The notes: generated by a model from the letters alone, not told the origin. DNA of 64,000 nt from Gemmatimonas sp. (GCA_965279375.1 OZ257156.1:4128001-4192000); one strand, 5' to 3'. Shown: positions 9,318 to 19,357, counted from the stretch's first letter. Numbers and translations: made by a program.

Positions 9318-10817
9318 CTAATCCTGCGTGAGGATCCCCTGCGGCACTATGAATTCGTCCGTCTCGGTCATGTCGGGCGTGCCCGCCACCGGCAGCGTCA
9401 CGGTGAATGTGCTCCCGCGCCCCAGACGCGACTGCACGCTCAGCGTGCCGCCATGCGCCTGCGCAATCCACTGGCAGATCGCGAGCCCAAGACCAAAGCC
9501 ACCTCGCTCCGATGCGCGCGAGCGCACACGGTCGGCGCGCCAGAAGCGCTCGAAGACGTACGGCAGGTCGGCGGCGGCAATGCCGATCCCTGTGTCCCGC
9601 ACCGACAGCGACACCAGATCGCCACTGCGGGTCAGGGTGATCTCCACGCGACCGCCGCGTGGTGTGTACTTGATTGCGTTGGTCACGAGGTTCAGGAACA
9701 GCTGACGCAGTCGCGTCAGGTCGCCCGACACCTCCACCTCCTCGATCACCGGCGAATCGATCTCGAGCCCCGGTTCCTCGCCGAGCAGTCGCGCCGTCTC
9801 CACGACCTCGCGCGCAAGCGGCCCGAGTTCGACCGGCTCGCGGTAGAGATCGAAGCGCCCTTCGTCGGCCCGAGCCAGTGTCAACAGCGAATCGACCAGA
9901 TCAGCCATGCGGGTCAACTGCTGCAGTGCCTCCTCGAGCGCGACGGCCTGCTCGGTACCCGTCGAAACGGGCGACATGGCGCGCTCCACGTCGGCGCGCA
10001 TTACGGTGAGTGGAGTCTTGAGCTCGTGACTCGCGTCGGCCGTGAATCGCCTGAGCGCGCCGAATGAGGTTTCCAGGCGCTCGATCATCGCATTCAGCGT
10101 GGACGACAGTCGTGACAGCTCATCGCCAGCCGCGCCGATCGCCAGGCGTCGATGCAGCGAGCGCCCGTCGGTAATGGCTTCCACCTGATCGATGATGCGA
10201 TCGATCGGGCGGAACGCGCGCCCCGCGATGACGTACGCGAAGATCACCGAAACGGCGAGCAGGAACGGCGTGATGAGCAGCATCGTTCCGACAAGCTCAC
10301 GCGGCGTGAACTCGATCTCGCTGGTACTCAGCGCCGCGTAGACGCGATAGCGGTCGTTCGTGCTGAGCGGCACCACGCGCGTGGCCATCAGAACTTCGTC
10401 GCTGCTCATCTTGACGCGACGGACCGCATTGCCCGGTCGCGACTCGCGAGCCGCCGTGCTGAACACGTCGCGGTCCGAAGTCGAGAGCGCGGCCACCGGC
10501 TTCGACGCATACAAGTCGTACCCCGTGCTGTCCTGCACGAGCACATAGCCTTCGAGAATGGAGAGGAAGTCGCCCATGCGAATGCTCACCGTTCTCGCCG
10601 CGAGCGGATCCTTCTGCGCCAGAATCGGCTCCCATCCCGTGGTGCGCGCCACCCGGATGGCCTTCTCGACCTGCTCCGCCTCCTGTAGTACCCGAGCTTC
10701 GAGCTCGCGGAAGAGCAACTCGCGCCGCACGGCCAGCAGCGTGACCGAAAAGATCAGCAGCGTCCCGAGGAACGCGGCCGTCCATGCTACGGTCAGACGA
10801 GCGCGGATGGAGCTCAC
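9318..10817 (-). CDS. Membrane sensor histidine kinase (HAMP-HisKA-HATPase)
   Basis: Two TM segments, HAMP domain, H-box ADASHELKTPL, N-box NLVTNAIKYT, DTGIG and GFGLGLAI. Confidence 0.93.
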   Translation of the reverse strand: MSSIRARLTVAWTAAFLGTLLIFSVTLLAVRRELLFRELEARVLQEAEQVEKAIRVARTTGWEPILAQKDPLAARTVSIRMGDFLSILEGYVLVQDSTGYDLYASKPVAALSTSDRDVFSTAARESRPGNAVRRVKMSSDEVLMATRVVPLSTNDRYRVYAALSTSEIEFTPRELVGTMLLITPFLLAVSVIFAYVIAGRAFRPIDRIIDQVEAITDGRSLHRRLAIGAAGDELSRLSSTLNAMIERLETSFGALRRFTADASHELKTPLTVMRADVERAMSPVSTGTEQAVALEEALQQLTRMADLVDSLLTLARADEGRFDLYREPVELGPLAREVVETARLLGEEPGLEIDSPVIEEVEVSGDLTRLRQLFLNLVTNAIKYTPRGGRVEITLTRSGDLVSLSVRDTGIGIAAADLPYVFERFWRADRVRSRASERGGFGLGLAICQWIAQAHGGTLSVQSRLGRGSTFTVTLPVAGTPDMTETDEFIVPQGILTQD

Positions 10818-10827
10818 AACGGCGAGG

Positions 10828-11496
10828 CTACGCGCGGATCATGTAGCCGACGCCACGCACCGTGGTGATCAGCTTCTTGTCATGCTTCGCGTCGATCTTC
10901 TTGCGCAGGTGATTGATGACCACGTCGACGATGTTGGTGCCCGGGTCGAAGTGATAACCCCACGCGTACTCGGTAATGAGCGTTCGGCTCATCACACGTC
11001 CGGCATGCCGCATGAGATACTCCAGCACCGCGAACTCTTTCGGCGTCAGTTCGATGTGCTCGCCGGTGCGCCGCACGTCGTGCGTCCCCTGATCGAGCTC
11101 CAGATCGTCCACGCGCAACAGCGGCGATGCAAGCGCGCGCGGCCGACGCGCCAGCGCCTCCACACGGGCCAGCAACTCTTCAAAGGCGAACGGCTTGGTG
11201 ACGTAGTCGTCCGCACCGGCACGCAACGTCTCCACCTTCGCGTCCACGGCGTCCTGCGCGGTCAACACCAGCACCGGTCGCTCGAACCCCTTGGCCCGCA
11301 GCGACCGCAGCACGTCCAGGCCGTTGCGACCCGGCAGACGCATGTCCAACACCAGCAGATCGTAGGGCTGCGACAAGGCCATGCGCTCCCCTTCAGCGCC
11401 GTTGGCGATGAGATCCGCCTGCCAGCGCTGCTCCTCGAATCCGCGGCGCATGAACTCGCCCACGGTCGGATCGTCCTCGATCACCAGAATCTTCAT
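10828..11496 (-). CDS. OmpR-family response regulator (CusR/CzcR-like)
   Basis: REC domain (LVIEDD, LVLDMRLP, KPF) plus winged HTH (TNIVDVVINHLRKKID, TVRGVGY). Confidence 0.93.
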   Translation of the reverse strand: MKILVIEDDPTVGEFMRRGFEEQRWQADLIANGAEGERMALSQPYDLLVLDMRLPGRNGLDVLRSLRAKGFERPVLVLTAQDAVDAKVETLRAGADDYVTKPFAFEELLARVEALARRPRALASPLLRVDDLELDQGTHDVRRTGEHIELTPKEFAVLEYLMRHAGRVMSRTLITEYAWGYHFDPGTNIVDVVINHLRKKIDAKHDKKLITTVRGVGYMIRA

Positions 11497-11573
11497 CCGA
11501 TCACCTGTTGATCACTTTGCGATCAGTAAACCATCGTCGTGCAATCGACCCAGTCCGATGGTCGGCGCGCTGC

Positions 11574-12971
11574 TCACGCGCCACGACCCGGCGGACGCCG
11601 AAAGCCATACTCACGAATCTTCCGATACAGCGTCTTGGGCGAGATCCCCAGCACTTCGGCCGCACGCCCCTGATGCCATCCCGCGCGATCGAGCACGTCT
11701 GCGATATGCCGGCGCTCGAGCTCAGACAGGGTCAGCACTGACGATGGCGTCGCACGCATCGCCGCACCCACGTCGGTGCCAAGCGGCAGATCGCTGGCGC
11801 TGATGGTACCATCGGTGGCGAGCAACACGGCGCGCTCGATCACGTTGCGGAGCTCGCGCACGTTCCCCGGCCAGCGATACCGCTCCAGCACGGCTAACGC
11901 ATCGTTGCTGAGTAGCGGCGCCTGTGCGCCGCCAAACTGCAGCAGAAAATGCTGCGCCAGCGGCGCCACATCCACCAGGCGCTCACGCAACGGCGGCAAC
12001 GCCACGCGAATCGTATTCACGCGATGCAGCAGGTCTTCGCGGAAGAGCCCCGCCGTCACCATGCGCGACAGATCGTGCGTGGTGGACGCGATGACGCGCA
12101 CGTTCACTTCCACCTTCTGCGTGCCACCGACGCGATAGAAGCTCCCCGTATCCAGCGCGCGGAGCAACTTGCCCTGCAGCTTGAGTTCCAGGTCCCCGAT
12201 GTTGTCGAGAAAGAGCGTACCGCCGGCGGCCAGTTCGATCAGCCCCACCTTCCGATGGTCGGCGCCGGGGAACGCCCCCTTCTCCACGCCGAACAACTCG
12301 GTCTCCAACAGCGACTCGGCCAGCGCCGCGCAGTTGAGATCGATGAACGGTCCATCGGGATGTTCGCTGCGCGCGTGCAGCAATCGCGCCACCAGGTCCT
12401 TGCCCGTCCCCGATTCACCGGAGATCAGCACCGGTGACTGACTTGGTGCGACGCGCTCGACCAACGAAAGCACGGCCACGAGCGGCGCGTACTGCGTCAC
12501 GAAGCTCGCCGACTCAGCCTCGCGCTGCAGGCGCTGCTGCAGGAAGACATTGTCGCGCGACAGCATGCGCTTCTCCCAGGCACGACGCACCAACGCATCG
12601 ATCTCCGCCATCCGATACGGCTTGGAAAGAAAATCGTACGCGCCGAGCTTGAGCGCCGCGATCGCCGTTTCCATCGTGCCGTTCCCCGTGATCACGATGA
12701 TCTCGGGCGGCAACGGCTCCTCGCGCACTTGTCGCAGCACTTCCAGTCCGTCGAGTTCCGGCATCACGATGTCGAGCAGCGCGACATCATACGATTCCGC
12801 CTTGAGCTCCTCGAGCGCCGCGCGACCATTGCGCACGATCTTGACGGCGAAACCGCGCGCGAGCATGAACTGCTCGAGGATCGTGCCGAGGTGCGTCTCG
12901 TCTTCGGCGATGAGCACACGAATCGGCGAGCCGAGGTCGGTCCCGCGCACGGGCGTGAGCGTGCTCGTCAT
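11574..12971 (-). CDS. NtrC-family REC-AAA+-Fis regulator with degenerate GAFTGA and Walker B motifs
   Basis: REC domain; GESGTGKD; NCAAL; GAFPGA; TLFLDNIG; WPGNVRELRN; Fis HTH. ATG 12971 overlaps the kinase stop (ATGA). Confidence 0.92.
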   Translation of the reverse strand: MTSTLTPVRGTDLGSPIRVLIAEDETHLGTILEQFMLARGFAVKIVRNGRAALEELKAESYDVALLDIVMPELDGLEVLRQVREEPLPPEIIVITGNGTMETAIAALKLGAYDFLSKPYRMAEIDALVRRAWEKRMLSRDNVFLQQRLQREAESASFVTQYAPLVAVLSLVERVAPSQSPVLISGESGTGKDLVARLLHARSEHPDGPFIDLNCAALAESLLETELFGVEKGAFPGADHRKVGLIELAAGGTLFLDNIGDLELKLQGKLLRALDTGSFYRVGGTQKVEVNVRVIASTTHDLSRMVTAGLFREDLLHRVNTIRVALPPLRERLVDVAPLAQHFLLQFGGAQAPLLSNDALAVLERYRWPGNVRELRNVIERAVLLATDGTISASDLPLGTDVGAAMRATPSSVLTLSELERRHIADVLDRAGWHQGRAAEVLGISPKTLYRKIREYGFRRPPGRGA

Positions 12972-14500
12972 GCGCTGAACTCGTGCATGGGCAGCGAGAC
13001 GCGGAACGTCGCGCCCTGCCCTTCCGGACTGATCACTTCCAGCTGCCCCGCGTGGTCGTTGACGATGCCGTAGCACACCGCGAGCCCAAGACCTGTCCCT
13101 TGTCCGGGGGCCTTCGTGGTGAAGAACGGTTCGAAAATCTTGGTCTGCAGCGCTCGCGGAATTCCCGGACCGTCATCGGACACTTCGAGCATGGCCGCGC
13201 GCATCGTCGTCCCCTCCCGCAACTCGCCCTGCGCATCGCGCCGTGTACGCACCACCACGCGCGCGCCGTCCGGGGTGGCATCCATTGCGTTGATGGTGAG
13301 CGCGATGAGCACCTGCACCAACTGGTCTGCGTCGCCGTCCACCAAAAGGGGTTCTGCGCTGTCGAGCTCCGTCACCATGCGCACGCGCTTCACCTTCGGA
13401 TGATGTTGCAGCAGGAACATCCCTTGCTGCACGACGGCGTTGAGATCGAGCGTCTCACGCTGTGCTGGCTTGGGTCTGGAGAAGTCGAGCAGGCTGTTGA
13501 CGATTTTCTTGCAGCGCTGCACTTCGAGGTCGATGATGTGCAGCAACTCGTCGGGCGAGGATCCCGTGGAAATCGGCGTGCCGGCGGCGGCGAGCTCCCG
13601 CTGCATCTGCATCGACTCCGCACAGGCAGCGATGGTCGCGAGCGGATTGTTGATTTCGTGCATGACGCCAGCAGCGAGCTGACCGAGCGCGGCGAGTTTC
13701 TCCGACTGCGCCGTACGATCGATCGCCGCTTTCCAGTCGGTCACGTCTTCGCCGATCGTGATCACATGCGTGACGGTATCGCCGTCCATGCGCATCGGGA
13801 TCTTCGAGATGCGAAAGGTGCGCACGTCGCCGAACGCGGTGCTTTCCATCTGGAACTGCTGCAGACGTCCTGACGCGAACACCTCGTCGAACTCCTGCTT
13901 GAGCAGCGCTGCGGGCTGACGATGCAGCACCTCGAAGATCGTGCGGCCGATCGCATCCGTACGCGAGACGCCCTGCAGCCCGGTCTCGCGCTTGTGGTTC
14001 CATGCATGGATGCGATACTCGCGGTCCACCACATACAATCCAACGGGCAACGAGTCCACCACGCGCTCAATAAAGGCGCGCTGTTCCGCGATCTCTCGCA
14101 CGCGGGCCGTGATCTGTCGCTCGAGGTCGCGCATGCGCGTATCGCGCGCCACGACGGACGCGAAGAGGTCGGCGACCGCACCCAGCACGTCGTGCTCGTC
14201 GCGCGAGAGAACTTCGAGACGGTGCACCCGCAGCACACCGAGCGACTCGCCGGCCGCGGCCAGCGGAAACTCGGCCTGCGCCTCACGAGCCGGCTGCCGC
14301 AGCGGGCCAACGCCTTCATCCGTCCACATCTGGCGAGACCGGGCGTCACCGTCCAGCTCGATCGCCACATGATCCGCGCGCAGAGAGGCGCGCAGCCGAC
14401 GGAGTACCGCGATCGCGCCGCTATCGGTATCGGACGCGCGGGCGAGAAGCGCGACGAGTTCGCCCAGCACCTGCGGCGAAGTCGCTGCGACTAAAGACAC
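12968..14500 (-). CDS. Cytoplasmic GAF-like/PAS sensor histidine kinase (NtrB type)
   Basis: PAS ([19 protein letters not shown]), H-box [29 protein letters not shown]. Start GTG 14500 is approximate. Confidence 0.88.
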   Translation of the reverse strand: MSLVAATSPQVLGELVALLARASDTDSGAIAVLRRLRASLRADHVAIELDGDARSRQMWTDEGVGPLRQPAREAQAEFPLAAAGESLGVLRVHRLEVLSRDEHDVLGAVADLFASVVARDTRMRDLERQITARVREIAEQRAFIERVVDSLPVGLYVVDREYRIHAWNHKRETGLQGVSRTDAIGRTIFEVLHRQPAALLKQEFDEVFASGRLQQFQMESTAFGDVRTFRISKIPMRMDGDTVTHVITIGEDVTDWKAAIDRTAQSEKLAALGQLAAGVMHEINNPLATIAACAESMQMQRELAAAGTPISTGSSPDELLHIIDLEVQRCKKIVNSLLDFSRPKPAQRETLDLNAVVQQGMFLLQHHPKVKRVRMVTELDSAEPLLVDGDADQLVQVLIALTINAMDATPDGARVVVRTRRDAQGELREGTTMRAAMLEVSDDGPGIPRALQTKIFEPFFTTKAPGQGTGLGLAVCYGIVNDHAGQLEVISPEGQGATFRVSLPMHEFSA

Positions 14501-14598
14501 AGTCTGCGATGTGTATTCACTCGAGCAAAGTACGACGCGCGCCGCCATCGGACAAGCTGACCGATCCGGATCTCCTAATGATGCGACGCCTGCACTTT

Positions 14599-14614
14599 CG
14601 GCACGCACGCTGCG
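14599..14614 (+). promoter_or_regulatory. Sigma54-like -24/-12 motif 1 upstream of hsp20
   Basis: CGGCACG-CACG-CTGCG; GG at 14600-14601 and GC at 14612-14613 with exact 10 nt spacing. Confidence 0.45.
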
Positions 14615-14664
14615 GAAATGGCGTGTCGAGTCCCCGGAAGTACGTCGAGCTGACTGAGATCGAA

Positions 14665-14680
14665 CGGCATGCTGGCTGCA
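14665..14680 (+). promoter_or_regulatory. Sigma54-like -24/-12 motif 2 upstream of hsp20
   Basis: CGGCATG-CTGG-CTGCA; GG at 14666-14667 and GC at 14678-14679 with exact 10 nt spacing. Confidence 0.5.
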
Positions 14681-14800
14681 CGATCTGTACGCGAGCCGTG
14701 AGAGCTCGATCCTCGCGATCAGGCGGCTTGGAGAGCCTCCGCCAGTCGCGCTTCACGTCGCACTTCTCGATCCGAAACGATCACTTCAGGAGTCAGAACC

Positions 14801-15232
14801 ATGCCCATGTTCACCGTCCCCGTCACGTCGCTCCCAGTCTCCGGCCTCCGCCGCGAACTCGATCGCCTGTTTGAAGAGGGACTCTCTCACCGCCAACCCG
14901 CGGCATTCGTTCCTGCAGCGGACGTGCGCGAGGATGCGCAGGCGTACGAACTCGCGCTGGACCTTCCCGGCGTCGCCAAGGAGAGCGTCGAGGTGCTGGC
15001 AGAGGAAGGCGTACTGACGATCAAGGGTGAGCGCCGCGCCGCAGCGCTTGGCGAGGGTCAGCGCACTCTCTCCGCCGAACGCGCGCAGGGCGTGTTCAGC
15101 CGCCGCTTCCGCCTGCCGAAGCAGGCCGACAGTACGCAGATCGAGGCACGGTACGTGGATGGCGTGCTCTCGGTCCGCATCGGCAAGATCACCCCGGTGC
15201 AGCCGCGTCGAGTTGAAGTGAAGCTGTCGTAA
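14801..15232 (+). CDS. Small heat shock protein, Hsp20/alpha-crystallin family
   Basis: PAADVREDAQAYELALDLPGV, FSRRFRLP, ARYVDGVLSVRIGK, C-terminal VEV (IxI) motif; AGGAG RBS. Confidence 0.94.
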   Translation: MPMFTVPVTSLPVSGLRRELDRLFEEGLSHRQPAAFVPAADVREDAQAYELALDLPGVAKESVEVLAEEGVLTIKGERRAAALGEGQRTLSAERAQGVFSRRFRLPKQADSTQIEARYVDGVLSVRIGKITPVQPRRVEVKLS

Positions 15233-15260
15233 GCCCCCGTTAGTCCGGGCGCCAACCAGA

Positions 15261-15304
15261 CGAGGGCGGTTCGACGAAATGTCGAGCCGCCCTCGCTGCT
15301 TTTT
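15261..15304 (+). terminator. Intrinsic terminator of hsp20
   Basis: Stem CGAGGGCGGTTCGAC / GTCGAGCCGCCCTCG with a GAAAT loop, followed by CTGCTTTTT. Confidence 0.75.
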
Positions 15305-15322
15305 GCGCGTAGTGGATCGAGG

Positions 15323-15799
15323 CTAGCTCTTCATTGCCGCGATGGCCGCCAGGATCTCGGCGTTCTCGCGGCGCTGGCCCGGCGTTTCCTCGACGTGCGA
15401 CCAGCGCACCACGCCCGTGGTGTCGATGAGGAAGTAGGCACGATTCGAGAAGAACGTATCCTCTCGCAGCACGCCGTAGGCCCGCGAGGCCTCACGCTTG
15501 AAATCGGAGAGCAGGTCCACCGTCATGTTGAACTTGCTTTTGAACTCCTTGAGCGACGGAACGGCGTCGACGCTGATCGGCAGCACCTTAACATCGGCGC
15601 TCGCGAAGGCGTCAAAATCATCGGTGAACGCGCACAGCTCGGCCGTGCAGACACCGGTAAAGGCCAACGGGAAGAACGCCAACAGCACATTCGTCTGTCC
15701 GCGCAGCGCGGAGAGGGTCACGTTTTCACCGGACGTCGAAGCAAGGGTGAAATCGGGTGCCGTGGTGCCGGCGGTCGGCGGTAGCGTTGCAGTGGTCAT
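15323..15799 (-). CDS. Peroxiredoxin (AhpE/Bcp-like redoxin)
   Basis: APDFTL...FFPLAFTGVCTAELC (PxxxTxxC motif), RAYFLID. The real start is likely ATG 15799 rather than the ORF-track start. Confidence 0.9.
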   Translation of the reverse strand: MTTATLPPTAGTTAPDFTLASTSGENVTLSALRGQTNVLLAFFPLAFTGVCTAELCAFTDDFDAFASADVKVLPISVDAVPSLKEFKSKFNMTVDLLSDFKREASRAYGVLREDTFFSNRAYFLIDTTGVVRWSHVEETPGQRRENAEILAAIAAMKS

Positions 15800-15871
15800 C
15801 GTCGCGTCGGAAGAGAAGTCGGGGTCAGCGTCATCATGCGGGAGAAGCTCGTCACAAGATAGGCCGCGGGT

Positions 15872-17824
15872 ATGGCGTCCGGGGCTGGTCGCCGTATCGT
15901 TGCACCGTTGGTCCCGCGGGCTGTTCCGCGGCACCGTCCCGAACCAGGCAGGCATCGCGTGATCCGTCCGGTCCTCCCGTCGCTCGACACCGACCGCGCG
16001 CTCCGCATCCTGCTCGTAGATAACGACGCAGAGGCTGCAGAGCGTTCCGAGCTGGCGCTGCGCGCCCAACTCGAGGACGGGCTTGCCCTGTTTCGGGTGA
16101 ATTCGCTCGATGCTGCCGTCCGCACGCTGATGGAGGTCCCGTTCGATGTCGTTGTGCTCGAACTGGACTTGCCCGATGCGACCGGAATCGCCACGCTGGC
16201 CGGCGTGCGTGGCGCAGCGGCGGCGGTGCCCATCGTTGTCTACTCGAGCCTGCTGGACGACGCCCTCGTGCTCCGCGCGATCCGCGTCGGCGCCCACGAA
16301 TGCCTCGCCAAGTCCAGCACGCCCCCTGACCAGCTAGCGCGCAGTCTGGCGTTCGCGATGGAACGGCAGCGCCGACTCGCAACCATCGAAGCCGCGCGGA
16401 GCGAAGCTGCGCACCGCGCCACCCACGATCCGCTGACCGGACTGGCCAACCGCAACCTGATTCTCGATCAGCTCGATCGGGCGCTCGCGTTCGGTTCCCG
16501 CTACGGCCGCAAGACCGGCATCATGTTCGTCGATCTCGACGGCTTCAAGGAGATCAACGACACGCTGGGGCACGCACGCGGCGATGCATTGCTGCAAGCC
16601 GTCTCGCGGCGGCTGCTCGAGTCTGTGCGCCGTTCGGATACGGTGGCGCGACTGGGCGGCGACGAGTTCGTTGTGTTGCTCCCGGACGTCACCAGCCGCC
16701 GCGACATCTCGTTCGTCCAGGAGACGATCGTAGACTGCCTTCGCGCGCCAATCGACGTCGGCGCCGGTCAGCTCGTGCGCGTGTCGGCCAGCGTGGGCGG
16801 AGCCATGTCGCCTCTGGACGGCGAGTCGGCATCGGCCCTGATGCACGCGGCGGATGCAGACATGTACCGCGAGAAATCACGCCGTCGGCGGCCGCGCGCT
16901 CTTCCGACAGGACTGGGCGAGGCGCTGACAGATGGAGGTTCGGACGCACTCGGTGTCGGGCCCGGCGACGTGCGATCCGCCGTCAGCATGGCCGCCCGCG
17001 TCGCTGCCGCCGCGTCGCCGCGACATCCCGGGGAAGCTCGGATGCGCGCCGCCTACCTGGCCGGCGAGTTCGAAGTCTACTTCCAGCCCATTCTCGACTC
17101 TGGAAATGGAAAAGTCCTAGCGGCTGAGGCGTTGCTACGCTGGAACGACCCGGTGAAGGGGCTGCTGCTCCCCGAGCTATTCCTGCCGCTCGCCGAAGAC
17201 ACGGGCCTCATTGTGCCGATCGGCGAGATGGTCCTACAGCGCGCGTGCGAGGCGGTTGTGCGTTGGCGGGCGACCGACGCCCTGCGCGACCTGCGCGTCG
17301 CGGTGAACCTGGCGGTGGTACAGCTTCGGGAAAATGGATTCGAGCAGCGTCTCGCCAGCATCCTCTCAGAATCCGGCTGCCCGCCCGAGGCGTTGGTGCT
17401 CGAACTGAGCGAGCGACGTACTCTCGCCGAAGGGGAAGTCGAGTTGGAGACGCTGCGCGCACTCAAAGCGCTCGGCGTGCGGCTGTTCGTGGATGACTTC
17501 GGCGTCGGGAACGCATCGCTCCTGTTTCTGCGCGAGGCTCCGATCGACGGCATCAAGATCGATCGGCAGTTCGTGCTTCGCATGCTGTCGGACCGGCGCG
17601 ACCATGCGATCGTCTCGGCGCTGGTAGGATTGGCGCGCGGGATGTCGCTGGAGTTCGTCGCCGAGGGTGTGGAGAGCGCGGCGCAGTCGAACGCGCTTCG
17701 AGCACTTGGCTGCGACGTGCAGCAGGGGCACCAATTCTGCGAGGCCGTGCCGCTGGCCGACATGGAGCAGTGGATCTGTCATGCGGAGCGCGTGCGGAGT
17801 GAACACGCGGCAGGGCAATCCTGA
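15872..17824 (+). CDS. REC-GGDEF-EAL diguanylate cyclase/phosphodiesterase
   Basis: HDPLTGLANR, DLDGFKEINDTLGH, RRSD I-site, GGDEF; AEALLRW, DDFG, KIDR, EGVE. Start may be GTG 15960. Confidence 0.92.
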   Translation: MASGAGRRIVAPLVPRAVPRHRPEPGRHRVIRPVLPSLDTDRALRILLVDNDAEAAERSELALRAQLEDGLALFRVNSLDAAVRTLMEVPFDVVVLELDLPDATGIATLAGVRGAAAAVPIVVYSSLLDDALVLRAIRVGAHECLAKSSTPPDQLARSLAFAMERQRRLATIEAARSEAAHRATHDPLTGLANRNLILDQLDRALAFGSRYGRKTGIMFVDLDGFKEINDTLGHARGDALLQAVSRRLLESVRRSDTVARLGGDEFVVLLPDVTSRRDISFVQETIVDCLRAPIDVGAGQLVRVSASVGGAMSPLDGESASALMHAADADMYREKSRRRRPRALPTGLGEALTDGGSDALGVGPGDVRSAVSMAARVAAAASPRHPGEARMRAAYLAGEFEVYFQPILDSGNGKVLAAEALLRWNDPVKGLLLPELFLPLAEDTGLIVPIGEMVLQRACEAVVRWRATDALRDLRVAVNLAVVQLRENGFEQRLASILSESGCPPEALVLELSERRTLAEGEVELETLRALKALGVRLFVDDFGVGNASLLFLREAPIDGIKIDRQFVLRMLSDRRDHAIVSALVGLARGMSLEFVAEGVESAAQSNALRALGCDVQQGHQFCEAVPLADMEQWICHAERVRSEHAAGQS

Positions 17825-17830
17825 AAGCAA

Positions 17831-17853
17831 GACGGCGCCCAGAGGGCGCCGTC
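17831..17853. repeat. Palindromic hairpin GACGGCGCCC-AGA-GGGCGCCGTC (copy 1)
   Basis: Perfect 10 bp inverted repeat just after the EAL gene stop; shares its stem with 17984-18003. Confidence 0.75.
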
Positions 17854-17904
17854 GGTGCGACATGAGCAGGAGCTGTTAGTCCTTCAACCGCGAGTCCTGC
17901 GTAA

Positions 17905-17977
<73 letters not shown>

Positions 17978-17983
17978 GTTGAG

Positions 17984-18003
17984 CGGCGCCCCGAAGGGCG
18001 CCG
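17984..18003. repeat. Palindromic hairpin CGGCGCCC-CGAA-GGGCGCCG (copy 2)
   Basis: 8 bp stem with a UUCG loop on the minus strand, 6 nt before the tRNA 5' end. Confidence 0.75.
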
Positions 18004-18025
18004 TCAGGGTCCTACACGAACAATA

Positions 18026-19357
18026 CTACTCGTGCGCCGGCAGCGGTTCCATGGTGCGGGCGTCTACCGGGACCTGGACTTCGTCCTTGCACGGCGTCGT
18101 CATCATGAAGACGCGCATGACTGGGAACGCGTCCATGAACGACGCGTAGCAGAAGCCCCACAGACCGATGAAGCCAAGCGTGGTGCCGATTTCCCAGATG
18201 CCGAACGGTAGCGACGTCTGCGTCTCGCCGTAGATCGAGGGATAAATCTCGATGTAGCGGTGGAGATAGAGGCCGATGATGCTGCAGAACGCAAAGAGCA
18301 CGAACGTGGGCAGGTACATCTTCGCGGCCTTGGAGATCAGACCGAAGAACGGCAGGACGAAGATGAAGATCGGGATGAGCTGCGTGATCTGCTTCCACAC
18401 ACCCGTCAGGCGCAGACGGTAGAAGTGCGTCTCTTCCGGCATGTTGCCGTACCAGATCACCAGGTACTGGCTGAAGCTGATGTAGCCGAAGAAGGCAGTG
18501 AAGGCAAAGCAGAGCTTACCCAAGTCCCACAACTGATCCATCGTGGCGACGTCCTTCATCTGCAGGTGGTTGCGCCACCACATCGTCAGCAGAGAAAGCG
18601 TCATCACCATGTTGAGCCACGCGCCCATGAACACGATCCAGGCGTACATCGTCTGCTGGAAGTGCAAGCTGATCGACATGGAGTAGTCCCACGCCATGAA
18701 GCACCAGCCGATCACGAAGCTCATGCACACCGCGACCGCGAGCTTGCCCTGCAGCGAGTGCTGCGAGTGCAGTTCACGACGCTCGTCGCCGAATCCGGCG
18801 CGCATCTTGGCACGGAGACCGGCCGCCCACTTGGCGCCGTATTCCGGCAACACGGCCACGTCGAGACGCACCGAGTTGTAGACGAACAGCAGCTGCAGCA
18901 CCATCATCGCGCCGAAGAGCACGATACCGCGGAGCAGGAAGAACCCCGGGGCGAGATACGTGGCCTTCTCCGCCGTGGGGATCGCTTCGCGACCGGCCCA
19001 GGTGAAGATGTGATCGCGGCCAGGGATCAGGATGACGAGCAGAAGAATGAACGCGACCGGCATGAAGGCGACGTAGCCTTCGACGAAGCGCACGACCGGG
19101 CGCGACCAGCGCGCCGTGACGATACGCTGCACCGCCGCGAAGGCCGTACCGGCCGACGAGATGGTCGCGAAGAACAGCCAGTTGTAGTGCAGCGCGTACC
19201 AGGCGCGCTCCTGACCGGTGAACACACCGCCCAGGAAGGTCGCGATACCGACGACGGCGAGCGCGAGGCAGATCGTCTTGATCGAGCCCGGGATGGGCTT
19301 GCCGGCGAGCCGCTGCGCGAATTCCTGTCGCGTCGGATAGGAGTAATGCTGGCTCAC
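18026..19357 (-). CDS. actF: Alternative complex III subunit ActF (polytopic membrane protein)
   Basis: About 10 TM segments; DLGKLCFAFTAFFGYISFSQYLVIWYGNMPEET; last gene of the act operon. Confidence 0.9.
   Translation of the reverse strand: MSQHYSYPTRQEFAQRLAGKPIPGSIKTICLALAVVGIATFLGGVFTGQERAWYALHYNWLFFATISSAGTAFAAVQRIVTARWSRPVVRFVEGYVAFMPVAFILLLVILIPGRDHIFTWAGREAIPTAEKATYLAPGFFLLRGIVLFGAMMVLQLLFVYNSVRLDVAVLPEYGAKWAAGLRAKMRAGFGDERRELHSQHSLQGKLAVAVCMSFVIGWCFMAWDYSMSISLHFQQTMYAWIVFMGAWLNMVMTLSLLTMWWRNHLQMKDVATMDQLWDLGKLCFAFTAFFGYISFSQYLVIWYGNMPEETHFYRLRLTGVWKQITQLIPIFIFVLPFFGLISKAAKMYLPTFVLFAFCSIIGLYLHRYIEIYPSIYGETQTSLPFGIWEIGTTLGFIGLWGFCYASFMDAFPVMRVFMMTTPCKDEVQVPVDARTMEPLPAHE

Noticed and set aside
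15800..16297. N-terminal extension of the peroxiredoxin ORF
   Set aside because: Overlaps the divergent GGDEF gene; the redoxin fold begins shortly after ATG 15799.
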